Part shown: positions 1 to 6,870 of the stretch, piece by piece
How positions within the stretch are numbered: the first letter of the stretch is position 1
Layout of the letters: each line of letters opens with the position of its first letter
Source of the DNA: a virus
Lineage: Duplodnaviria; Caudoviricetes
Virus record (IMG/VR): IMGVR_UViG_3300032233_002931
Coordinates: 1-24,417 of that record
Direction: 5' to 3' (one strand)
DNA length: 24,417 nucleotides
Translations under genes and position numbers: made by a program
Notes under the pieces: model-generated
The model's database searches: none
What the model was told of the DNA's origin: nothing
Seen by the model: the letters and a program-made list of their open reading frames with translations, nothing else

Positions 1-115
1 ATTGTACTCGTGCAAGCCCTGTGAGAAGAACAAACAATCGTGCAACACTTGCATCAGTGACTATCAAATAACCAATACAAAAGAAGATGATGAAGTAGAC
101 ATAAAGTGGGTTCAT
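1..115 (-). CDS. small hypothetical membrane protein, 5' part only (runs off the left edge)
   Basis: Hand translation from ATG at 115 gives MNPLYVYFIIFFCIGYLIVTDASVARLFVLLTGLARVQ..., open to position 1. It has a hydrophobic N-terminal helix and an ATGA overlap with the stop of 112..273. Not in the ORF track. Confidence 0.7.
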   Translation of the reverse strand, partial: MNPLYVYFIIFFCIGYLIVTDASVARLFVLLTGLARVQ

Positions 116-273
116 TTGTCTATATTAATAGGGCAAGATGGAATAATACGGCGAATTTCTGCAATGACTTCTACCTTTTGTTGTTCGGTAAGCATAATAC
201 TTTTACTAATTCTTTGTAGAAGTCCAACTGCAGATTTGCATGATATGGTTGTTGTAAGAAACAGAGCAACCAC
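112..273 (-). CDS. small hypothetical protein (53 aa)
   Basis: GTG start at 273 preceded by a strong SD (AGGAGG). Translation is MVALFLTTTISCKSAVGLLQRISKSIMLTEQQKVEVIAEIRRIIPSCPINIDK*. The TGA overlaps the next ATG. Not in the ORF track. Confidence 0.75.
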   Translation of the reverse strand: MVALFLTTTISCKSAVGLLQRISKSIMLTEQQKVEVIAEIRRIIPSCPINIDK

Positions 274-294
274 AATTTCCTCCTATTCTTTCAC

Positions 295-302
295 TATTTA
301 AT
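295..302 (-). promoter_or_regulatory. possible T4-type late promoter (ATTAAATA)
   Basis: Minus strand reads ctATTAAATAgtgaaaagaatAGGAGG, intergenic and about 20 nt before the GTG at 273. Confidence 0.45.
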
Positions 303-309
303 AGAGTTA

Positions 310-594
310 TTATTTGCAATCAGGATGAAAGGTCATAGATTGGCAAAACTCCTGACTTGGAGTAGGAGGAAGCACAGGAGGTGGGGGAGTTACAGGTTGC
401 TGAACCACAGGAGGAGGGGGAGTAATAAGTTGCTGTTCCTTGTTCTTCAGTTGTTGCTTCAAATCCTCAATTACAATATTCTGTTGTTGACTATTCTCTT
501 GTTGATTGTCAAAGACTTTGTATGCAGTCACAGAAGTCACTGCAATTGTACTTAGAGCAGCAATCGTAGATACTATGGTGCTGAACCTACTCAT
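310..594 (-). CDS. membrane-anchored protein with coiled coil and proline-rich tail
   Basis: N-terminal hydrophobic helix, Q/E/K-rich heptad-like segment, two TPPPPV repeats and a C-terminal Cys pair. 4-nt overlap with the upstream gene. Confidence 0.75.
   Translation of the reverse strand: MSRFSTIVSTIAALSTIAVTSVTAYKVFDNQQENSQQQNIVIEDLKQQLKNKEQQLITPPPPVVQQPVTPPPPVLPPTPSQEFCQSMTFHPDCK
373..423. repeat. 18-bp direct repeat (17/18 identical) encoding TPPPPV twice
   Basis: cacaggaggtgggggagt (373-390) and cacaggaggagggggagt (406-423). Confidence 0.8.
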
Positions 595-800
595 TTAATC
601 ACCTCCCAATGATCGTCACCATCTTCACTTAACCAAAAGAAGTAATGACCGCTTACTGATGCAAGAAATACTTTACCATCCTTACGTTGTTCTACTCTAC
701 AAGAATGAAGTCCTCGCATTTGATTTGCAAAACGATTCTTTGCCTTGGAAGACTTTGGTTTGACACAGATGAATTCAGTTTTCATAATAATAGAGCTCAT
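591..800 (-). CDS. hypothetical phage protein (alternative start at 785)
   Basis: 69-aa basic ORF directly after the promoter at 825-852, packed against the next gene. Confidence 0.7.
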   Translation of the reverse strand: MSSIIMKTEFICVKPKSSKAKNRFANQMRGLHSCRVEQRKDGKVFLASVSGHYFFWLSEDGDDHWEVIK

Positions 801-824
801 AGGTTTTTCAACCGCAACAGGGTT

Positions 825-852
825 ATTCTAGCAGGATTTAAAGAGTTGTCAA
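825..852 (-). promoter_or_regulatory. sigma70-type (early) promoter
   Basis: Minus strand TTGACA (852-847), 16-bp spacer, extended -10 TGcTAGAAT (hexamer 830-825), upstream of the gene at 800/785. Confidence 0.7.
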
Positions 853-1263
853 GTACTCGTAATATTCGTCATAAAGAACTTCTTCCATTTCTTGTGCTTG
901 TTGTTCCCATGGTTGATCTGAATAGTCCGTCTCCGTATGATCTATGCCCCTCCAAAGGCGTTTGCCACGACTATCCCTTAGAGAACCCATAACATGCTGA
1001 TAAACGTGCCAGAGTTCGTGTAAGAGCACTCTGGTGTAATCTTCTACAGTGAGAAAATTATGCATTTCGATAGCAAATTCACGAGGTCGGTAATCACAAT
1101 CAGTTACCCAAACCCATCCATGAACTCCTTCTCTATACAAGCCACGGTGATTGATACTAATATCAAGTTTGTGTCTTGGAAGATACTTTGAAATGAACCA
1201 TTTGACTATACTTTCACAGCGTTTTTTGCTATAATTGTACCCAGTTGTTTCAATGAAAAGCAT
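838..1263 (-). CDS. zincin-like metallopeptidase domain protein
   Basis: HExxH motif (LLHELWHVYQ) with a downstream PWExxA segment supplying a candidate third ligand. Confidence 0.75.
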   Translation of the reverse strand: MLFIETTGYNYSKKRCESIVKWFISKYLPRHKLDISINHRGLYREGVHGWVWVTDCDYRPREFAIEMHNFLTVEDYTRVLLHELWHVYQHVMGSLRDSRGKRLWRGIDHTETDYSDQPWEQQAQEMEEVLYDEYYEYLTTL

Positions 1264-1357
1264 AAGTAAGTACTGATTGAGTAATACGAACGCCCCAGTT
1301 CATTAAAACCATGAAGGACGCAACGAAGATCAATCGGTCTAAATTGGAGAACCTCAT
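1250..1357 (-). CDS. small hydrophobic protein (35 aa)
   Basis: Hand translation is MRFSNLDRLIFVASFMVLMNWGVRITQSVLTYAFH*. It is the first ORF after the TATAAT at 1384-1379 and overlaps the peptidase start by 14 nt. Not in the ORF track. Confidence 0.6.
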   Translation of the reverse strand: MRFSNLDRLIFVASFMVLMNWGVRITQSVLTYAFH

Positions 1358-1378
1358 CGGTGCCTTGCGTATGAATCC

Positions 1379-1436
1379 ATTATAGGACACAACAAACCCT
1401 CAGGAGTAAACAGTGGACGGTTATCTAAGTGGCACA
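1379..1436 (-). promoter_or_regulatory. promoter with consensus -10, no -35, and an upstream direct-repeat element
   Basis: TATAAT at 1384-1379. The -35 position reads ACTCCT (non-consensus). Upstream is GTGCCACTtagataaccGTCCACT, with two CCACT boxes 16 bp apart. Confidence 0.55.
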
Positions 1437-1982
1437 CCCATTCAAGTCATTGACAATTTTATTTCAATTTATGACGTTAAAAATTGTTATAGAGATTTAT
1501 CATTAACCGAATGGAGAGTTGTATACGACCATCAATGGAGCAAAGTAACTCGTCGTGCCTTTGGTCGTGGAATAGAACATGAAGCATTGGAAGTTGCTCT
1601 AAAAGAAAATGAAATGGTTCGTTACCTACACAAATTAGTTAAAAGTAGAAACTTTGAGGGTTGTGGAAAACTTCGACAGTTTTATTTGAATTGCATTAAA
1701 CCTGGAGATTCTTTCGAGTATCATCAAGATGTGACTCCAGGAAAGGTTGAACTTGCTGGAAGTACAGTCTTAATTTACATGAATCCTGTTTGGAAATGGT
1801 GGTGGGGTTCTGGAACAGAATTTCTATTGGACAATAAAAAAACCCGCCTAGTTAGACCTAAACCAGGGCGAGCAATTATATTTCCAGCTGCTATGCAGCA
1901 TAGAGCAGTGGCACCTAATATTTTATTGAATGACTTTGGTAGACTATCTATTGCTCTTCAGTTTCATAAGGACTCAGATTAA
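1413..1982 (+). CDS. 2OG-Fe(II) dioxygenase, prolyl-4-hydroxylase-like
   Basis: HxD (YHQD), distal H (MQHRA), 2OG-binding RxS (GRLSIA), LIYMN..W...WG.GT.F strands and an IQVIDNF start motif. SD AGGAG precedes the GTG. Confidence 0.85.
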   Translation: MDGYLSGTPIQVIDNFISIYDVKNCYRDLSLTEWRVVYDHQWSKVTRRAFGRGIEHEALEVALKENEMVRYLHKLVKSRNFEGCGKLRQFYLNCIKPGDSFEYHQDVTPGKVELAGSTVLIYMNPVWKWWWGSGTEFLLDNKKTRLVRPKPGRAIIFPAAMQHRAVAPNILLNDFGRLSIALQFHKDSD

Positions 1983-2502
1983 AGGATAGTGCTATTCTTC
2001 TTTTGTCCGATGTATTTGGTAGAGTGAAGTGATGTATCACCGAAGGGAAGAATAGAAGAGTTCCCTCCATAACACATGATGGAGAATATTTTATAGTATT
2101 TCCTTGCATAAAATCATTGAATGGTGCAATGAATTGTGTTGGGCGATGAACTTCTTGGTCGTACTCAACAAAACAAACAGCACTAAATCCCACAGGACCG
2201 TGATTGTGAATAACATGGTGCATATTTTTTGTTGATTCTTCAAACCAACAATTTGCAAACTTCAACTCCAATTCACAGTAGATTAAAAACTCTTTGATCT
2301 CATCTTTTAAAATATCATATACCTCATTTTTATAATTGTTACGACTATAATAATCTGTTATAACTGTATCATCATCTGATAATTTAAAGTAATCATTATT
2401 TCTATTAAATATTTTCATCAATTCTTCTTTCTTTTCATCCCATCCTTCCACTTTCATGTTGTAAATGGGAATGCTAAACATATAGTCTTTGTAACTTAAC
2501 AT
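1948..2502 (-). CDS. 2OG-Fe(II) dioxygenase, HxH type (TIGR02466-like)
   Basis: F.IPIY N-terminal motif, HNH, FSAVCFV, EGTLLFFPSVIHH and RIALSFN. Start moved from 2526 to the ATG at 2502, giving a 7-nt overlap with the upstream gene. Confidence 0.85.
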   Translation of the reverse strand: MLSYKDYMFSIPIYNMKVEGWDEKKEELMKIFNRNNDYFKLSDDDTVITDYYSRNNYKNEVYDILKDEIKEFLIYCELELKFANCWFEESTKNMHHVIHNHGPVGFSAVCFVEYDQEVHRPTQFIAPFNDFMQGNTIKYSPSCVMEGTLLFFPSVIHHFTLPNTSDKRRIALSFNLSPYETEEQ

Positions 2503-3089
2503 TCCAAATCCTCCAATACATACCAACCAGTCAAAATATATTTGGTTTTTGTTTTACTTATAATACCTTTGTGAGTGTGAGTCCAATCAGCAGGCCAAAT
2601 AAGTAATGAACCTGTCTCTGCCGATGCTTTAAATCTTTGATGTAAGAAGATTGTGCCTCCATCATCAACATCATTTAGATAAAACATCCATACAATTTTA
2701 CGATCTGCATGATTTGTTCCTCCAGATTCTGAATGCCACTTTTTGAATCCTTCTCGCGGAAGATACCTTTGAATGTTAAATTCTTGTCCGATTCTAAATG
2801 GATCAATAAAACTCAATCCAATATATTTTTTGGAGTAGATTTTAATTGATTCTGTAAGAACTTTTAGAAATGGAGATAGAACTTCTTTCCATTCAGGATT
2901 TCTTGAATCTTCATGTACGATATAAATGTCTGTCGAATCTTTTACATTTGGTTTGTACTCATTCTTTCCAGACATTCCTTTTTCATGCCTTTCTGGTGTT
3001 TTTTCAAACTTTTCTATAAGATTCTTGCAGTATATTGGATCAATCGACTCTTTTATTTCACAAATGAAATCATTATAAGTTGGAATCAT
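2496..3089 (-). CDS. 2OG-Fe(II) dioxygenase, HxE type
   Basis: FNIQRY, WHSE, WMFYLNDVDDGGT.F, LIWPADWTHTHKG and KYILTGW. ATGA overlap with the methyltransferase stop. Confidence 0.88.
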   Translation of the reverse strand: MIPTYNDFICEIKESIDPIYCKNLIEKFEKTPERHEKGMSGKNEYKPNVKDSTDIYIVHEDSRNPEWKEVLSPFLKVLTESIKIYSKKYIGLSFIDPFRIGQEFNIQRYLPREGFKKWHSESGGTNHADRKIVWMFYLNDVDDGGTIFLHQRFKASAETGSLLIWPADWTHTHKGIISKTKTKYILTGWYVLEDLEC

Positions 3090-3715
3090 ATTTTAACACT
3101 GGGTTCAAACTCCCACATTTTTTTGTGAATAATGCATAGTTCTTTTTCAAAATGAATTGAACGAATCCACCAGGATAATTCTGTAAGATAATTTGGCGTA
3201 TCTTGACAATCAACTATACCATTCGATGTCAACATTAAGTTTGACATATAATTCTGCAAGTTGGAATTATTATACTCCCCACTACCAGTATAATACAAGT
3301 TTTCAATACTATAGTATCCATCTTCTCTCAGAATTGGAAATAGATTGCCAAATGCAGTTATAATATCATCTCCCTTATGTGATCCATCATCAATGATTAG
3401 ATCAAACCCACCATACATCTTGATAATATTATATGTTTCCAATTTACTAAGGTCGCCCTCAATTAAACGGATCTTTTGATTTGGTTGAACTCTACATAAT
3501 CCTAAATCAATATCTACACCTAAAATCAAAGATGCATTGGGGAAATATTGTTCCCACAACTGAAGGGATCCTCCACCATCAATACCAAGTTCAAGGATTT
3601 TTAAATCCTTTTTATCTTTAAGTTTGAAAAACTTTTCTTCGTAAGTCTCTATAAAGTTTTTTCTTTTATTAAATGGTTCTCGATTCCAACTATCACAAAT
3701 ATCAATCAAATTCAT
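3086..3715 (-). CDS. class I SAM-dependent methyltransferase (Methyltransf_24 / MycE-like O-methyltransferase type)
   Basis: ILELGIDGGGSL (motif I), ILGVDID, FDLIIDDGSH and L...GYY.IE. Start moved to the ATG at 3715, 4 nt after the upstream stop. Confidence 0.85.
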   Translation of the reverse strand: MNLIDICDSWNREPFNKRKNFIETYEEKFFKLKDKKDLKILELGIDGGGSLQLWEQYFPNASLILGVDIDLGLCRVQPNQKIRLIEGDLSKLETYNIIKMYGGFDLIIDDGSHKGDDIITAFGNLFPILREDGYYSIENLYYTGSGEYNNSNLQNYMSNLMLTSNGIVDCQDTPNYLTELSWWIRSIHFEKELCIIHKKMWEFEPSVKI

Positions 3716-3719
3716 AAAT

Positions 3720-4724
3720 TTAAAAAGAAGTAATATTGGGGCAAAGTGCAACTAAGTAACCGTTTGTGTTGTAACCTATATTTTCTCCCCACCACCAATC
3801 ATTTGGAGCTCCAGAACTTCCATAGTTTGAGTTTACCGTTAGTGTAAAATATGATGGACTAACATAACTGGATCCACCTCCACCATAAGCAGCACCCCTA
3901 CAGTCACCACCATCAGCACCGCCGCCCCCGCCGCCATACCATCCATCAAATCCAGGACCATATGAGTTTCCTGCCCCCTGGCCTCCAGCAAATCCGTTTC
4001 CTGGTTGTGGATCTGTTCCTGATCTGTGTGGACCGCCACCACCGCCGCCAGCACCGTTCTGAGACCCTCCACCGCCTCCTGAGGCGTTTCTACATCCAGC
4101 ACCATATGATTCTCCTGTTCCTCCAGTAGGACCACCAGCATTTGATCCACCACCATTTCCAGATCCAGCTAAAAGAATAACTCTATTTCTAGTTGGAGTG
4201 TCATTCAACATGGTAGTTGGTGAGTTGCCAGTAAGTAACGAACAAACACCACCATTAAAGAATGTTACTTGTGAAAAGAAAGTATAATTTGCATCACTTG
4301 GATTGAGAGTTCCCTTAACATATCCTGGACTTGGACCATGCCCATTCATTGCCATTATCCAGTTATGTCCGGATTTTGTCGTGAGTGGAATTCCAGTGTT
4401 TGTTGAAGTTGCAAGTTTATCAATTTTATATGAAACAAAATTTGAAACATATGGAGCAACTAGACCAGGACTTGTTCCGCCATTATATCTACTAACAATT
4501 GTTCCAACATCTGCTGGAGAACAATAACGAATCATTAAAACTGCTTTGAAATCTGAGTATATGAATTGTATTCCATATACTGCACTTGCATCTGCTGCAG
4601 AAGTTGAATCTACACTTGAAGATATTGAATTTGAAAAAGTGATTGGAAAAGTAAATTCTCTACCCCCTCTTCTCTTTTTACCAATACTACCGATTGAAGA
4701 TGCTATAGAATTAAGAAACGGCAT
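3720..4724 (-). CDS. glycine-rich (polyglycine) putative tail adhesin
   Basis: C-terminal half has LLAGSGNGGG, GGGGGSQNGAGGGGGG, GWYGGGGGG and GGGGSSYV. Start moved to the ATG at 4724 (MPFLNS...GKKRRG), 1 nt after the upstream fibre's stop. Confidence 0.75.
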   Translation of the reverse strand: MPFLNSIASSIGSIGKKRRGGREFTFPITFSNSISSSVDSTSAADASAVYGIQFIYSDFKAVLMIRYCSPADVGTIVSRYNGGTSPGLVAPYVSNFVSYKIDKLATSTNTGIPLTTKSGHNWIMAMNGHGPSPGYVKGTLNPSDANYTFFSQVTFFNGGVCSLLTGNSPTTMLNDTPTRNRVILLAGSGNGGGSNAGGPTGGTGESYGAGCRNASGGGGGSQNGAGGGGGGPHRSGTDPQPGNGFAGGQGAGNSYGPGFDGWYGGGGGGADGGDCRGAAYGGGGSSYVSPSYFTLTVNSNYGSSGAPNDWWWGENIGYNTNGYLVALCPNITSF

Positions 4725-4725
4725 A

Positions 4726-5634
4726 TCAATAATAACCTCCGACAATAGTTCCAAATACTTCGTAGTTAGCAGTTGTTGATGCTGAACCTACTGTGTTAAT
4801 ACCTGTAAAGTTATATATTGCATATCCATTGCTTGTTGTAACTCCAATAATAGCATTTGCAAGAGATCCTCCAGTCCATTTAATGGTTTTTGATACACCA
4901 TTAAGTGTGACTGCAGTACAAGTTCTTGCGGTCCCTGTTGAATTTACAACTACAGACATTGTAATTGCATGACTATTAAAGTCTGTGCTTGTTGGAATGC
5001 CACTGAGATTTACTGCAATATTTGCTGATGGATTTGTGCAAATTGCAATATTTCCGTTTGAACTGTTATAAACAAGATTGACAGTATTTCCATTAACTAT
5101 CAGAGACTTCTCTGCACCTGTTATAATTCTAAGTTCATTTGTTGCAATTGGAATATTTGCTTCAAATGCCTTCTTAGTGTTATTGTAAGTGAATGTCTTA
5201 CTTGTCGTCCCGTAGATTTCAATTCCAGCCCCATCTGCAGTTACATCTGTTGCTGCTGAAGTGGACGCAATACCTACTGTCTTGTCTGCAACATCAAGAA
5301 CGGTGGTATTGACAATGGTTTGAGTTCCATTTACTCTCAGATCACCATTGACTGTTAAGTTTCCAGAAAGAGTAAGTGCAGAACCTACAATGTTATTAAC
5401 AGTGAGATCTGTAGCAGATAGTGTTGGAAAGAAACCTGTTCTACCAAAGAAAGAAGTTGCACTAACAATTCCACTGTTTCCATATACAGTTACACCAGAA
5501 CCAACTTGTAAGGTTGCTTGTGGATTAGTGGTTCCAATACCAACACGTTGATTTGCAGTATCAACCTGAATTGTTGCACCTTGAGTTCCTATTCCAGATG
5601 CAAAATCAGATAATCTAGATGCGTTTGTAGGCAT
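4726..5634 (-). CDS. short tail fibre protein
   Basis: RVGIGTTNP..TLQV repeat, GNLTVNG...TQTIVNTT.L.VADK module, Thr/Ser/Gly/Asn-rich composition, late promoter upstream. Confidence 0.8.
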   Translation of the reverse strand: MPTNASRLSDFASGIGTQGATIQVDTANQRVGIGTTNPQATLQVGSGVTVYGNSGIVSATSFFGRTGFFPTLSATDLTVNNIVGSALTLSGNLTVNGDLRVNGTQTIVNTTVLDVADKTVGIASTSAATDVTADGAGIEIYGTTSKTFTYNNTKKAFEANIPIATNELRIITGAEKSLIVNGNTVNLVYNSSNGNIAICTNPSANIAVNLSGIPTSTDFNSHAITMSVVVNSTGTARTCTAVTLNGVSKTIKWTGGSLANAIIGVTTSNGYAIYNFTGINTVGSASTTANYEVFGTIVGGYY

Positions 5635-5656
5635 TATATTTCTACGATTTTTTACT

Positions 5657-5664
5657 TATTTATT
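5657..5664 (-). promoter_or_regulatory. T4-type late promoter (AATAAATA)
   Basis: Intergenic ATAAATA 22 nt upstream of the ATG at 5634. Confidence 0.7.
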
Positions 5665-5672
5665 AGATACGA

Positions 5673-6851
5673 TCAAGCAGTTCTCATAATAAATGCAAGA
5701 GCATAATATGGTGGACGGTTTTCGTGATAAAGATTTCCGCCAGTTGAACCAGATGTACTTGCTACGTTGGAATAGATAGTTCCGCTCCCACCACCACGAA
5801 GTCCTGATCCAGTTTCTTGGAATCTTTCCGTTGAATGAGTGTGTGCTGGCATCTCTCCAATAGTTAATTGGTGTGCTACTTCTCCACCAGAATTTCCAGG
5901 AGCATAGTTTCCAGTTGATATTCCAGTAGTTCCACTATAAGAATAATTACCAGATCCATCTACGCCAGCACCAGCAACAAATCTATTTCTAAGATCTGGA
6001 GTTCCACTAGAACCATCACAAAGAGCCCATCCAGTTGGAATTGCTGCAATCAATCCAGACCACATAATAATGCCACCAACTGGAATCGTTCCATTTCCAA
6101 CAAATGATGATGCGGTAGCAACTCCTGCTACTCTTAATCCACTTGAATCAACACTTATATTATATGCATCTATTCCAGTTGTTCTGAGAGTAACAGCAGC
6201 ACCAACTTGAATTGTGCTAAAGGTACTGACTCCAGTAGCGATAAGATTTGGGGTATTTAAATTTGAAATTGTGGTGATGCCAGTAATATTAACTGAACCT
6301 TGAACTGTTAATTTTGATGTTGGATTTGTGGTGCCTACACCAACATTTCCCAAAGTTGATATTCCTGCTGAAGTCTGAGGCCAATAGTTAACCGAACTGT
6401 CTGCAATAGCTCTTACAGTGCAAATACCAGCAGAAATCTGACTTACTGTGATATTATCCGCAAAATTAATAGTGGATGCAGTTCCTACTGTTATTCCACC
6501 AGATTTTACAACAATACCAGAAGATCCTGAACCAACTACATTAGTCAGTCCAGAACCATCTCCTATAAAAACACTTCCAATAACAACACCAGTATTTGCT
6601 GCAATAGATGCGTTTGTCCCAAATCTTGCAATATTATCAGAAGATCTAATAGTAATTGCAGAACCTACATTAATTTGATTTGAGGTTACATTCCCAGTCA
6701 GTGGTCCAACAAAAGAACCTGCTTCAATAGTACCATCCTGAACGTCCAACTTAACGTCTGGAGTGGTGCTTCCAACTCCGACGTTATTATTTGGTCCAAC
6801 TGTGAATACGCCACTATTGGATAATCTTGAAGCGTCTCTTGCTCTTGACAT
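5673..6851 (-). CDS. tail fibre with phage tail collar domain (paralogue A)
   Basis: VGVGTTNP repeats and GDGSGLTN. Collar motif IPVGGIIMWSG...PTGWALCDG..GTPDLRNRF, HTH motif, and C-terminal HENRPPYYALAFIMR. Confidence 0.85.
   Translation of the reverse strand: MSRARDASRLSNSGVFTVGPNNNVGVGSTTPDVKLDVQDGTIEAGSFVGPLTGNVTSNQINVGSAITIRSSDNIARFGTNASIAANTGVVIGSVFIGDGSGLTNVVGSGSSGIVVKSGGITVGTASTINFADNITVSQISAGICTVRAIADSSVNYWPQTSAGISTLGNVGVGTTNPTSKLTVQGSVNITGITTISNLNTPNLIATGVSTFSTIQVGAAVTLRTTGIDAYNISVDSSGLRVAGVATASSFVGNGTIPVGGIIMWSGLIAAIPTGWALCDGSSGTPDLRNRFVAGAGVDGSGNYSYSGTTGISTGNYAPGNSGGEVAHQLTIGEMPAHTHSTERFQETGSGLRGGGSGTIYSNVASTSGSTGGNLYHENRPPYYALAFIMRTA
6510..6563. repeat. 54-bp perfect direct repeat, copy 1
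   Basis: aacaataccagaagatcctgaaccaactacattagtcagtccagaaccatctcc, identical to 7822-7875. Confidence 0.9.
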
Positions 6852-6870
6852 ATTATTTTCTGGTTATATA

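Noticed and set aside
2-992. Plus-strand ORFs 2..301, 325..555 and 687..992
   Set aside because: They are antisense shadows of better-supported minus-strand genes that have SD sites, coupled overlaps and promoters.
1450-1480. Plus-strand TTGACA at 1450-1455
   Set aside because: It lies inside the oxygenase CDS (IDN codons) with no acceptable -10 at 16-18 bp.
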